Shown here in pieces: positions 1 through 11,944 of a DNA stretch of 64,000 nucleotides. Positions within the stretch are counted from its first letter, which is position 1. Every line of letters starts with the position of its first letter. Source of the stretch: Chiloscyllium plagiosum (lineage: Eukaryota); NCBI RefSeq assembly GCF_004010195.1, contig NC_057715.1, forward strand, positions 15,350,315 to 15,414,314, written 5' to 3'. The position numbers and the translations under genes were made by a program. The notes beneath the pieces were generated by a model. That model was not told the DNA's origin. It saw only the letters and a program-made list of their open reading frames with translations, and searched no databases.

Positions 1-760
1 TCCCCTTAAGGATTCTGAAGACACGGTCCGAGACGTCTCGGACCCTGGCACCTGGGAGGCAACAAACCAACTGAGAGTCTCGCTTATGTCCACAGAACTG
101 TCTGTCTGTCCCTTTAACTATAGAGTCTCCTATAACTAGCGCTCTCCTCCTCTCCCCCTTTCCCTTCAGAGCCTCAGAGCCGGACCTCGTGCCAGAGACC
201 CGGTCACTGCAGCTTACCCCTGCTAGGCCGTCCCCCCCAACAGTATCCAAAGCGGTATACTTATTGTTGAGGGGAACGACCACAGGGGATCCCTGCACTG
301 CCTGCTTCCTTCCCTTCCCACCTCTAACTGTTACCCAGCTACCTCTGTTCTCTGGGGTAACTACGTCCCTGTAGCTTCCATCTATCACTCTCTCAGCCTC
401 TCGAATAATTCTCAGTTCATCCAACTCCAGCTCCAGTTCCCTANNNNNNNNNNNNNNNNNNNNNNNNNNNNNNNNNNNNNNNNNNNNNNNNNNNNNNNNN
501 NNNNNNNNNNNNNNNNNNNNNNNNNNNNNNNNNNNNNNNNNNNNNNNNNNNNNNNNNNNNNNNNNNNNNNNNNNNNNNNAAGAACACCAAGTAGCTTACC
601 TTTTTTTAGGTTAGAGGAGGAGGGAGGGTGGGAGACACTAGACGTGTAGTGTCTCGGGTTCCTTCTCCACTCAAATAACAATTACTTACCTTCCCGACCG
701 GCTTTGCGCTCCGACTTCACTTCCGCCCAGCTCCCGCCGCTCTTTGCTGCAAAAAGCAAG
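1..760 (-). mobile_element. CR1 LINE 5' end (5'UTR + ORF1 coiled-coil/esterase), runs off the left edge, contains an N gap
   Basis: Minus strand translates to ELELELDELRIIREAERVIDGSYRDVVTP and RDSQLVCCLPGARVRDVSDRVFRILKG, typical of CR1 ORF1 coiled-coil and SGNH esterase. Confidence 0.85.
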
Positions 761-764
761 GGTG

Positions 765-1380
765 AGGTCAAGTATGCTTTTCCCTCTTGTTCCAACACCA
801 CCTGCCGCAGACTGAGTCTAGTAACTATGTCTTATAGGACCTGATCAGGTCGATCGGCTATGGTGCTGTCAAGCCGCTCTTGCTGGTGGACATTGAAATC
901 TCCCACCCAAAGTACATTCTGTGCCCATGACACCTTCACTCCTTCCTCCAACCACTGTTCAACATGTAGGGACATTGATTTATTAACTGAGGGCTGTGCT
1001 GTATGTGGTAATCAGCAAGAGCTTTCCTTGCCCATGTTTGATCTGAAGCCATGAGACATCAGGAGTTCCAGAGTCAATGTTGAGGATTCCCAGGGCAACT
1101 CTCTCCCATTTGTATACCACTGTGCCGCCACCGCTGCTGGTTCTGTCCTGCCAGTGGGACAGGACATGTCCAGGGATGGTGATGGTATTGTTTGTGACAT
1201 TGTAAGGTATAATTCAATGAATATGACTATGCTAGGCAATTGCCTGAGTAGTCTGTGAGATAGCTCTCCCAATTTTGGAACAAGCTCCCAGATGTTAGCA
1301 AGGAAGACTTTGCAGGGTCAATAGTGCTGTGTTTGTTGGTGCTTCCAGTGCTCTAGCCAGTGCCAAGTGGTCCATCCAGA
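765..1380 (-). mobile_element. LINE fragment, apurinic endonuclease domain (second, non-HER1 LINE family), degraded
   Basis: Minus translation AQNVLWVGDFNVHQQERL contains the APE GDFN motif; stops are present. Confidence 0.75.
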
Positions 1381-3066
1381 TACATTCATTTTTCCTTTCT
1401 AGTGGTTGCTCGGCCACTTCAGAGGGCAGTTAAGAATCAACCATGTTATTGTGGGTCTGGAGTCACATGTAGGATAGACAAGGAAAGGCCAGCAGTTTCT
1501 TCTTTAAAGGACTTTCATGAATCAAATGGCTTGATACAGATAACCTTCTCTAAGTTAAAAAGAAATCACTTTGTAGTGCTTAAGACAATCTTTTCTTTCC
1601 AAACAGGGAGGTCGCTGAAATTAGAATAACAGTGTCTTTTGACTGTCAATGTTAATTTTCAACCTTTGTTCTGTGGATTTTGTTTCAAAACCTGTAAGAA
1701 GTATTTTAATCGCTGTACCTTCACTTCTCTGTCAGGATGCAGGCTGAAGCATTGTTTTTGTTTTTATTTTTGTAAAAGTGATTTAGCCTGATAGGTCTTG
1801 AAGTTTAAGAAGAAGGAAGGCTATAAAGTTGGAGGTCTATACTTACATAAATGTACTGTTGTTGTTTGTCCAAATATTGACAATCTGGGGAAATCTAACC
1901 TTCAGTGAGAATTGCTTTATAAGCATATGGGCATGGCTGATTCTTACTCCCATGTTGCCACCATGACACGATGTTCCAAAATATACTGATAGTCTACAAC
2001 AATCATGCTGTGATACTTTAATTTTAGCTTCAATCACATAATAATGAGACGTGGATCTGAAGAATCTAAAAAGCTTTTATTACAGCTCCAAGTACTTATA
2101 AATGCACATGGCAAACAAAAGCTCTTAGGTGTTCTGGGCCCAAGCTAGGCAATTCAGATGTTTTGTAGCACACTTCAGTCAGTGTCATGCTCTAAGAGAA
2201 CAGAGCTCAGTAAGATGGAGATTGAGAGCTTTATCCCATTAGGTTTCATGCATGAAACTGTAATAACATTACAAGCTTATCCCATAAAAGTATATCACAC
2301 ATCTGCGAGACACAATATAATATCTTTGAACAGACTCTGTGGTGATGCCTCTGCAAGGGATCAGCCTGCCAACACTCACCACTTAGACTCCCCAAGGAAG
2401 ATTACATCAGTGTTCATGGAAATGTACGTTATCATATGGCCTCACATTTTCCTCATGAAAAAAAAGTTAGGAATCAAATGAATTATGTACAGGTAATGTC
2501 AGAATTTGTGTAGTTTAAATCATGTCTGCTTTATAAAATGTTCTATGGCGTGCATGAGAGACGGCAGTGAGTCTGGGCTATTAGGAGCCATTTCTCTCCA
2601 GCTTTATACCTTAATTCTGACAGTTCTGGCATCATAGTGGTGTGGAAATGCAATTAAATGGGAACATTGATATTAGTTCATCTACGCTGTGCACCAAACA
2701 AAATTGTTTTTTTCTTAGCACAGTGCAATGAATGTTCCCTTGATATTGGCATTAGCACTGATGCAAAAACATGAAATAATATTTAGCTCCCTGTGTGTCA
2801 TGCTTTTCTTCCAATTCTGATAAAATTTCCTCTTGCTTATGTGCCAGTGTTATCCACAGGATGTCTGAACAGCGAAAACAAACCATTCAGTAACACAGAT
2901 TGGATAACTCAAGGGAGCATGGGTGAGAATTAAGTTGGGGCATTTCTCTTCCAGCAAAGGATGATTTCCTTTGTGTTTTCAGCTTAATAACATTTATTGA
3001 GAAGGCATTTATTATTTTTCTATACATAGCCCTGAACAAATATTGTCCCTTGCCACTCTTCCCCAA

Positions 3067-3294
3067 GGGCGGCACGGTGGCTCAGTGGTTAGCACTGATG
3101 CCTCATAGCACCAGGGTTCCAGGTTCGATTCCAGCCTTGGGCGACTGTCTGTGTGGAGTTTGCACATTCTCACTAAATTACCCATAGTGTTAGGTGCGTT
3201 AGTCAGAGGGGTTGGGTTACTCTTCAGAAGGTCGGTGTGGACCTGTTGGGCAGAAGGGCCTGTTTCCACGCTGTAGGGAATCTAATCATCTAAT
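3067..3294 (+). mobile_element. HE1-type V-SINE, internally deleted
   Basis: tRNA-like head GGCACGGTGGCTCAGTGGTTAGCACTG...GGTTCGATTCC, V-domain start GTGTGGAGTTTGCACATTCT, and CR1-type tail GGGCCTGTTTCCAC...AATCT. Confidence 0.85.
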
Positions 3295-3559
3295 AAAAAA
3301 TAAACTGAATGTGTGCTTTGTCAACTACAATAGCTTGCATTTATATAGATCTTTAACCAAGTTGCTTCACAGGAGCATTATCAAAGACAATTTGACCCTC
3401 AGCCAGACTCGGAACCATTTCTCTGACAACGTTATACCTTAATTCTGACAGTTCTGGCATCAAAGTGCTGTGATACAAAACTTGGCACAAGAGGTAGATT
3501 TTTAAGGAGCATCTGAAAGGAGGGGAGATATGTGGAGAGGTTTTGGTTCGGGCTTAACT

Positions 3560-4090
3560 TTAGGCTAGATTCACTAGAATCACACTGGAACTTAAAGGAT
3601 TAAATATTGTGGCATGGGCTGGGTTTGTATTCCCAGCTGAAAAATGTGTTGCTGGAAAAGCGCAGCAGGTCAGATGCATTCAAGGAGCAAGCTAGTTGGG
3701 TTTGTATTCCCTCAGGTTTTAAGATTAAAGAGTAATCTAATCGTTGTTGAAAATTATTAAGTGAGTTGGTATGATAGATAGAGAGTGACTATTTCCTTCG
3801 GTTAGAGGGAAGCCAGTACAAAGGGAACAAAGAGCCAAGCTGTTAAGGGGTAATTTCTCTCACACAAAGGAGAGAAGAAATCCAGAACTCTTGTTCCAAA
3901 TTCCCACCACCCCCCCAAAAAAAATACTGAGGCTGAAGGTCAAATTAACATTTCAAAAATGAAATTGGTAGATTTCAGCTGGGGAAGGAGATTAAGGAAC
4001 CAAGGTAGGCAAATGGAGTTAAGATTCAGACCAGTCATGATCTAAGTGAACTGCAGTCCACCTTGTGGGACTGAATGGCACGATGGCCAT
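3560..4090 (+). mobile_element. Old CR1 3' fragment containing a 62-bp PLE-repeat insertion (3635-3696)
   Basis: Degenerate RT C-terminal and 3'UTR motifs (CTGAATGGC); the insertion is flanked by the 15-bp direct repeat TGGGTTTGTATTCCC. Confidence 0.65.
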
Positions 4091-5181
4091 GATATTTATT
4101 TAAATGCTGTTTGCCACAGATCCATGCAGTTTAATAAGCAGCACTATAACTGAACATGAACAAAGAGAATATTGCATTCCTCTGCTCAACTCCATGACAC
4201 CAGAGTTCTCTCTGCATTTCCAACAGAGACTTTTACAGAACTAATAGCTTGCTAAACAAGCAGCCTTATAAAAATATATTGCTCAGAATTACCTTGTGTT
4301 TATCTCATGGAAACAGACCATTCACCCCAACTGTTCCATGCCAGTGTTTATGTTCCTTATGAGCTTCCTCCCACACTCTATCATCTCACCTCATCACTGC
4401 AATAATGTTTCCCAGCTTTTATCAACCATATTCCAAAAGATATTAAGATGAGCACTCTAGACCCAAATGAGCTACTTCATAGAATGTTCCTGGACCACTG
4501 CAGAATTTTGTAAATAAACATTGTATTTATGTATATTGTATTTTAAATTTGAGACTGCACTATTACTTTGGAGTCACATTTTAATTCACTATGTTTATAA
4601 GTGGTCACTTCCATCATTATATATTGGCATTAATGGAATAAGAGTATGCGGATATTTAATTAAATTAGAAAGGAACAGAAGCCAATTAGGAAAAGTAAAT
4701 TAGGCAATATAGAAAAGCTATAAAATCTGATTTACATTCCCAGGAGAGGTTGACTGGGTCACTCATGGGCAACCAAGTGTGTTATCATCAGCTTCTCGAA
4801 TAAGCTAATAAATCTTACTGTAGAAGTGGTGGATGGCGGCCTAGCTGAGCTTTTCAGGCCTAGCTAAGCAACTCGTCCTGTTACCATGACAACAGACCTT
4901 AACAGAGCAATCCCTTGCTCACCTTCAAAACTAAATATTGTATTTTGTTCCCACTGTCTTTGTTTAAACCAATTACACCTGTGGCTGGACTTCAAAATAA
5001 AACAAAAACCTTTAGAAAAGAAAGAGCTAGTCCTTTTTTGTGATTTTTTGCTGTTCATGGTTGTCTAGTGGATAGAGACAAATGAATCCATCCTGGGCCT
5101 GTTCTTTGGGATGTCCTGTCCTACGTGGTCTTCGAGACAGGAAGAGGAAGGAAGACTTTAATTTAGTAGCAAATGCCAAAT

Positions 5182-5592
5182 TTAATGGCAGCATCTAAAT
5201 TAGTATAGGGCCTAATTCAATATCAGATTCACGCCAAAACACAATGCGTCATTAAGTTTGTCCTGGAATGTGCAAGAATGTAAGATCAAACTGGTAGGAG
5301 CAGTCCTGGGGGAGATTCATTGGGATTTTTCAATTTATGGCAAGAAACGCCCCCCCCCCCCACCTCCAGCCTAGGGGTGTGAGCCATGGTTAATGGCAGC
5401 ATCTAAATTAGTAGTAGGGCCTAATTCAATATCAGATTCATGCCAAAACACAATGCGTCATTAAGTTTGTCCTGGAATGTGCAAGAATGTAAGATCAAAC
5501 TGGTGGGAGCAGTCCTGGGGGAGATTCATTGGGATTTTTCAATTTATGGCAAGAAACGCCCCCCACCTCCAGCCTAGGGGTGTGAGCCATGG
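5182..5592. repeat. ~205-bp tandem duplication (5182-5389 / 5390-5592)
   Basis: Two head-to-tail copies TTAATGGCAGCATC...GAGCCATGG that differ at 3 sites and in poly-C length. Confidence 0.95.
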
Positions 5593-6029
5593 CAAGAAAT
5601 TTGGGAGAAGATAGAAAAAGAATTTGAAATGTTTTGGGATGTTCCTCTTGGGCCTTCAATGACAATTTCATAATCTCAATATTGGTCAGCACTCACTTGG
5701 AGGTTGCCAGCTTCTGTCAAATTCACATTGCTTTCTCAGTGCAGACTCACTGACTTCAGCATGGGTCACGAGGCTGGGGGTGACCAGTCGCAGTTTTCTA
5801 CGGCAAGTGTAGCACTGAAACATTCTGACGAAGTGTCATTGCATTCGAAATGTTAACTCTGCTTTCTCTCCTGTAAGACTTGCTGATCACCACCATGTTC
5901 TCAAAGGTAATTAAGGAAGAGAAATAAATGCCAGCCTAGCCAGTGACACCCACATCCTTTGAATTAATTAAAAATATGTATTTACTATGACGATGTCATT
6001 ATTGGTTGAGACCAGGTCTTCTGCCTGGG

Positions 6030-7010
6030 GCTGAGCAGGTAGCTGATCTCTGGCAGTCCACTGCAAGTCAGAGGCCTGGGGCATTTATTTCTTCACCAGC
6101 TGTGGAAACGTGTCAGTGATGTGTCCCTAGATTGTGCTCCTGAATCTAGTCTGTATAGAGAATCCATAGAGGTGACAGCCTCTGGGCTGATGAAGGGTAC
6201 AAGTGAAAGCCTTGCTGATGCATCCTTTGAGGGTTCACTGGCTTCCATGGAGGTGAAGTGGCTGGTGTCCTTGGATGACCTTTCAATGGACATTAGCTGG
6301 GAGCTGGGTACAGCCAGTTGTTGCATAAGAGAAGAATCAGCTATCTAAGAGAGATAAAAGCTTGTGCAGATGAAGGAAGAGGTAGCACTGGTGGTGATGG
6401 GAGAACAGTGCAGCAGTGTAATGAATTAGCCTGGGTTGGTTGTCCATGGAGATCTCCCTGTCCCTGCAGGAGTGGTCATGCTCTTGGCTCATTCTAGGCA
6501 GCGAAGAGACTGATATCTGGTTCCAGACCACCTTTCCCTGCAATGAGACAAAGGGAGGAAATGAATACAATAGAAGAGGATGGAAGAGAAGTTTCTGGTG
6601 ATGCTAAAGCATGAGAAATGGTGAAGTGTGTCCGCATGAGTAGGAAATGCAAGGGGTTGTCTGGGATGATGAGCTGGGGAAATTCATTCAGTGGGTATGA
6701 AGCATGGCAAGTACTGAGAGGTGTTGTCTACAAGACTTGGTGGAGGGGCATGTGTAGTGACAGAGTTACAGTGTGTGTTTGCCCAGTGAGTGTGAGGTAG
6801 CAGAGAGAGGAATAGTGGCACTCACTCTTGCGTCATGCAGAACATCATAAACTTTTCTTCTGTTACTCTGCACAGCACCATCGACACCGCACTAACCTGG
6901 GCTCCTAACTTTGCCCAAGCAAGCTGGGTCTGGGTAAGTGGGAAAAAAGATAGCCCTCCTCTCTACCAACATCTCCAAGTCCCTGTTCACTAACTGGGGA
7001 ATGAGCTGTC
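6030..7010 (-). pseudogene. Degraded intron-containing Myb/SANT-like gene of a Harbinger-type DNA transposon
   Basis: Minus translation LVNRDLEMLVERRAIFF...QSNRRKVYDVLHDAR followed by donor GTGAGT (~6825); acceptor TGTCTCATTGCAG at ~6540. Confidence 0.55.
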
Positions 7011-7404
7011 CTTTCTGTGTTATAGTAATCCAGCAATGCAATGTAAAGGACAGTTCCTGGCTTGCAGGATCTGATGCGGTGTCCAATGTGGCTGTAAATT
7101 TGGCTCCAGCAGTATGGGCACTGGAAGAAGCCAGTCCCAGAGAATGAATCCAGCTCTTCTTGCTGCAAGACTCGCCAAGAAAGATACCCAAGAACCCAGA
7201 AACATTATTAATGAATTGAGACGTATGAGAAAATTCATTCGAAGCCATTAGTCACTGGGTGCCATGAATCTCACCCACATTTTAACTGCAAATGGGAACA
7301 TTTAATACTGGGCTTCCTTTTAACATAAACTTTGAATGTTTTTTAATTAGTGACAAAAATATTGGAGATTGCAAGAAGCCATCCGATTGCATGACACAGC
7401 TATT

Positions 7405-7512
7405 TTCAGAAATAAAAACAGAAATTGTTGGAGTAACTCAACAGGTCTTGGCACCATCTGTGGAGAGAGAACAAAGTCAATGTTTCGTGTCCAGTGACCC
7501 TTCTTCAGAACT
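7405..7512 (-). mobile_element. Short PLE-related repeat (family C) with minimal hammerhead motif at 7479-7508
   Basis: Minus strand CTGAAGA-A-GGGTC-ACTG-GACAC-GAAA-CA-TT, then the family tail CTCTCCACAGATG...CCAACAATTTCTGTTTT. Confidence 0.7.
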
Positions 7513-7811
7513 GCGCCTCTTTCAGGCTGGCACTGAGCGGGCACTGCATGGATGGGCATGTCGTGTTACTATTGTTGAGTGAGTAGCTGTTGGAAGTATG
7601 AAATGATTGAATTAATCCTTCTGAGCATGTCCAACCAGAGTTAGTGGCCTCTATCCCTCACATTGACAAGATTGTCTGACGCAAAGAATTAAGTGAGCTG
7701 ACTGAACTATGACCATGAGCTCAAAGGTAAAACTTTACCTGAATTTACAAACATAATTCAGGATTCTTGGAAAGGGAACCACTTCTGAGTGAGCCATCAT
7801 CTTTTCTTCAA

Positions 7812-9158
7812 GAATATAGAACATAGAACACTACAGCGCAGTGCATGCCCTTCAGCCCTCGATGTGCTGACCTGTGGAATCAATCTGAAGCCTATCTAAC
7901 CTACACTATTCCATTCCGTCCATATGCTTATCCAGTGACCATTTAAATGCCCTTAAAGTTGGGGAGTGTACTACTGTTGCAGGCAGTATATTCCATGCAC
8001 CTACTGCTCTCTAAATGAAGAAACTGCCTCTGACATCTATCACCCCTTAATTTAAAGCTGTCTTCCCCCCCCCCCCCCCATGCTAGCCATCGCTATCTGA
8101 GGAAAAAGGGCTCTCACTGTCCAACCTATCTAACCCTGTCTTATATGTCTCAATTAGGTCACCTCTCAACCTTCTTCTCTCTAATGAAAACAGCCTCCAG
8201 TCCCTCAGCCTTCCCTCCATAATAGGCAACATCCTAGTAAATCTCCTCTGAACCCTCTCCAAAGCTTTCACATCCTTCCCATAATGCGGTGACTAGAACT
8301 GTACACAATACTCCAAATGTGGCCGCACCAGAGTTTTGTACAGCTGCAGCTTGATCCCATGGTTCCAAAACTCAATCCCTCTACCAATAAAAGCTAACAC
8401 ACCGTATGCCTTCTTAACAACCCTATCAACCTGAGTGGCAACTTTCAGGGATCTATGTACTTTGACTCATCTCCACTATCAAGAATCTTATTATCAGTCC
8501 AGTACTCTGAATTCCTGTTACTCCTTCCAAAGTGAATTACCTCACACTTTTCAGCATTAAACTCCAGTTGCCACCTCTCAGCCCAGCTCTGCAGCTGATC
8601 TATGTCTATCTGTAACCTACAACATCCTTCATCCCTATCCATAACTCCACTGATCTTAGTGTCATCCGCAAATTTATTAACCCATCCTTCTATGCCCTCA
8701 TCTAGGTAGTTTATAAAAATGACAAAAAAACACTGGACCCAAAGCAGATCCTTGCGATACCCCACTAGTAACTGAACTCCAGGATGAATATTTCCCATCA
8801 ACCGCCACCCTCTGTCTTCTTTCAGCTAGCCAATTTCTGATCCAAACTGCTTAATCACCCTCAATCCCATGCCTCGGTATTTTGTGCAATAGCCTAATGT
8901 GGGGAACCTTATCAAATGCCTTACTGAAATCCATATACACTACATCAACTGCTTTACCTTCATCCATCTGTGATGCATGACCTACTCTTCACAAAATGGT
9001 GTTGACTATCTCTAATCACCTTATTCCTTTGTAGATGATTATAATTCCTATCTCTTATAACCCTTTCCAATACTTTACCCACAACCGAAGTAAGACACAA
9101 GATTAGATTAGATTACAAAGGTCTATAATTTCCAGTGTTGTCTGTACTCCCCTTCTTG
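7812..9158 (-). mobile_element. CR1 (HER1-like) LINE, 5'-truncated RT + 3'UTR
   Basis: ORFs 8445-8801 (KFADDTKI...WQLEFNAEKCEVIHFG) and 8083-8271 (LERVQRRFTRMLP...ERRRLRGDLIETYK); TTCTATGT-type tail. Confidence 0.95.
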
Positions 9159-9159
9159 A

Positions 9160-9965
9160 GCTTTGGCTCAATGGGTTATACACATTCCTGTAACTCAGAA
9201 GCTTGTAAGTACAAGCCCCACTTCAGAAACATGAGCACAAACACCACCAGATGCTCCCAGCACTGTTTGAGAGGGTGAGGCAATGTCAGAGGGTCAGTAC
9301 TGAGACAGTGAAACAATGTAGGAGGGTCAGTATTGAGAGGGTGAGGCAATGTTGGAGGGTCAGTACTGAGACAGTGAAACAATGTAGGAGGGTCAGTATT
9401 GAGAGGGTGAGGCAATGTTGGAGGGTCAGTACTGAGACGGTGAAACAGAGTTGGAGGGGCAGTACTGAGAGAGTGAGACAGTGTCAGAGGCTCAGTACTG
9501 AGAGAGTGAGGCAGTGACAGAGGGTCAGTACTGAGAGAGTGAGGCAGTGTCAGAAGCTCAGTACTGAGAGAATGAAGCAGTGACAGAGGGTCAGTACTGA
9601 GACAGTGAGGCAGTGTCAGAGGCTCAGTACTGAGAGGGTGAGGCAATGTTGAAGGGTCAGTACTGAGAGAGTGAGGCAGTGTCAGAGGCTTAGTACTGAG
9701 AGAGTGAGGCAGTGTTGGAGGATGGGTACTGAGGAAGAGCTCCACAGTTGGAGAAGCAGCACAGAGGATGTTATGAACGAGCACAGGACTGTCAGAGAGT
9801 CAGTTCCGAAAAAACACTGCATGATCAAAGTAGTGAGCAGTGAGGGAGCACCACACTGTTGGAGCAACAGCACTGAGGGACTATTGCACTGTCAGAGGGG
9901 CAAAACTGAGGGAGTGCTGTGCTGTCGGAGGAGCAGTACTAAAGAATGTCAACTGAGCTGGAGGG
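9160..9965 (+). repeat. DeuSINE (SacSINE1-like) 5' part followed by a 33-bp minisatellite (~9269-9960)
   Basis: Unit GAGAGGGTGAGGCAATGTCAGAGGGTCAGTACT gives an 11-aa periodicity in ORF 9176-9784; it is preceded by a tRNA-like head (TGGCTCAATGGG...AAGCCCCACTTCAG). Confidence 0.85.
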
Positions 9966-10212
9966 GCAAATTGAGGGGTCATAGATTTAAGACAGATGTC
10001 AGAGGCAGGTTCTTTACTCAGAGAGTGGTAAGGGCGTGCCCCACCTGCCAATGTAGTTAACTCAGCCACATTAGGGAGATTTAAACAATTCTTGGATAAG
10101 CACATGGATGATGATGGGATTGTGTAGGGGAATGAGCTTAGATTAGTTCACAGGTCGGGGCAACATCGAGGGCCGAAGGGCCTGTCCTGCGCTGTATTGT
10201 TCTATGTTCTAT
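9966..10212 (+). mobile_element. CR1 3' end
   Basis: RGHRFKTDVRGRFFTQRVV; tail GGGCCGAAGGGCCTGT...TTCTATGTTCTATG. Confidence 0.9.
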
Positions 10213-10842
10213 GAGACAGCATTTTAATGTCAGCAAGTTATTGTTGATGGAGTAGTCCTGTCTGATGTCAGCAGTGAAAGGTTAGCTGCAATGATGTGAC
10301 ACCTCTGCCATCTATGTGTTTTTAGTAAGGCATTTTCTTCCTGTGGCTCCCACAATAGCTAGGGTGGAGTTTTCTGTCTTTCCTAAAACAGAAATTGCTG
10401 GCAAAATTCAAGCAACAACTCTGGCCGCATCTGTGGAGAGAGAAACAGAGTTAATGTTTCAAGTGACCCTTCTTCAGAATGCCTCCAGTTCGGCAGTTGT
10501 CCTGGAATACTTGGGCACCCATACCTGGTTACCTTTCGGCCAAGAGGAACCGGGTTTGTTGACTGTCCTGCCCAAATGCATGCTCAACCTCCTTGGTTGA
10601 ACTTATGCAGGCTTTGCAATCACAGACAAGGGGAGATGATGGGGCCAGAATCTCTGGAGTATCCTGAGAAGCTGTAGGAGATCTTTGTGTGCTACTCTCT
10701 ATTGGTGTCTGTTGAGAATGGCCTGACTCCCTGAGACAAAGCATAGAGACATAGAAAATAGGAGCAGGACCAGGCCATTTGGCCCTTTGAGCCTGTTCAA
10801 CCATTCAATATGATCAAGACTGATCATCCAACTCAGTACCTT

Positions 10843-10972
10843 GAGGAGAACGTGAGGACTGCAGATGCTGGAGATCAGAGTTGAGAGTGTGTTGCTGGAA
10901 AACTACAGCAGGTCAGGCAGCATCCAAGAAGCAGGAGAATCAATATTTCGGGCACAGGCCCTTCATCAGGAC
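10843..10972 (-). mobile_element. Solo PLE terminal repeat (family A) with hammerhead motif at 10942-10969
   Basis: Minus strand CTGATGA-A-GGGC-CTGT-GCCC-GAAA-TA-TT, then CTCCTGCT...GATGCTGCCTGACCTGCTG. Confidence 0.8.
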
Positions 10973-11944
10973 CACTAAAAGCAGTTCAGTGTAAAGCGGC
11001 ATTGAGTGAAGGATCTGCCTGTTAGCAGAGTACTTGCAATGATAACTCGTAAGTATGAATTATCTTCCAAGCAGTATCTGGCTTTCTGTTGTTGGATGAT
11101 AATCTTTGTTTACTCCACTCATCTCCCATCACCCTGACCTTGTTTCCTGTTCAATAGTAGGGATCATTGATGATCAGAGTAAGGTATGAGCCAGAGGCAA
11201 TAAATGCTTTTATGGAAATGATAAATGGTTTTCAACATAGACTGATCATATTCCACCATCCTATGCTTGGAAAATCCAAAACGATACATCCACTGTTTGA
11301 TGTAACTCTGAGACTGGGCAACACTTATTGAATAAATCTAAGTGTGCTCATAACTACGTTAACAACAATAGTGTTTAAACAGTAAGTTTAGCTTTAAACG
11401 TTTCATTTACCCCTGCTTAAAGTGACTTACATTCATAGGCAGGGACCCATTCTCTGTAAACAAAAAATAATGTTCACACCTCTTTAAATTACTCAGGAGC
11501 TTTCTTCATGGCAATGCCTTGGCCATTTGGAATCAATTTGTCAATATATCAGCACACACACTTTTCTACTGCTGTATAAATTGTTCTAGTCTTTTGAAAT
11601 TTGACATTCTTGCTTTTTGTTCTGAAGAGTAAAAATCAAAACCTTCAGAAACGTGTCTCTCTTTTTATCAATGTTAAAGTTCTGTACTAACAAGCAAGTG
11701 TTGGTAAGGAGCCATAGTCTGCCCAGGGATATAGGCATCTTTCACCATCTAGACAGAGACAACTGATTAGGCTTAGCTGGAGGATAACCACTCCAAGAGG
11801 ATGAGGTAAGATTAAGAGACAGGCCTCTGTTGTTGAGTGCACACTATTAGCTTTATTCTGCTCCTCATACTCTAGTCTTCCAGGTAACTGAATTAACTAA
11901 CCACCCCCTCAACTGTTGGTAAGTTGTAATTAGGTATCAGACAA

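Noticed and set aside
9176-9784. 202-aa repetitive ORF (STEPLTLPHSL)n
   Set aside because: It is a by-product of a 33-bp minisatellite with no stop in that frame; there is no gene context.
9269-9960. CRISPR-like regular repeats (also 30439-30530)
   Set aside because: Tandem units without unique spacers in a vertebrate genome.
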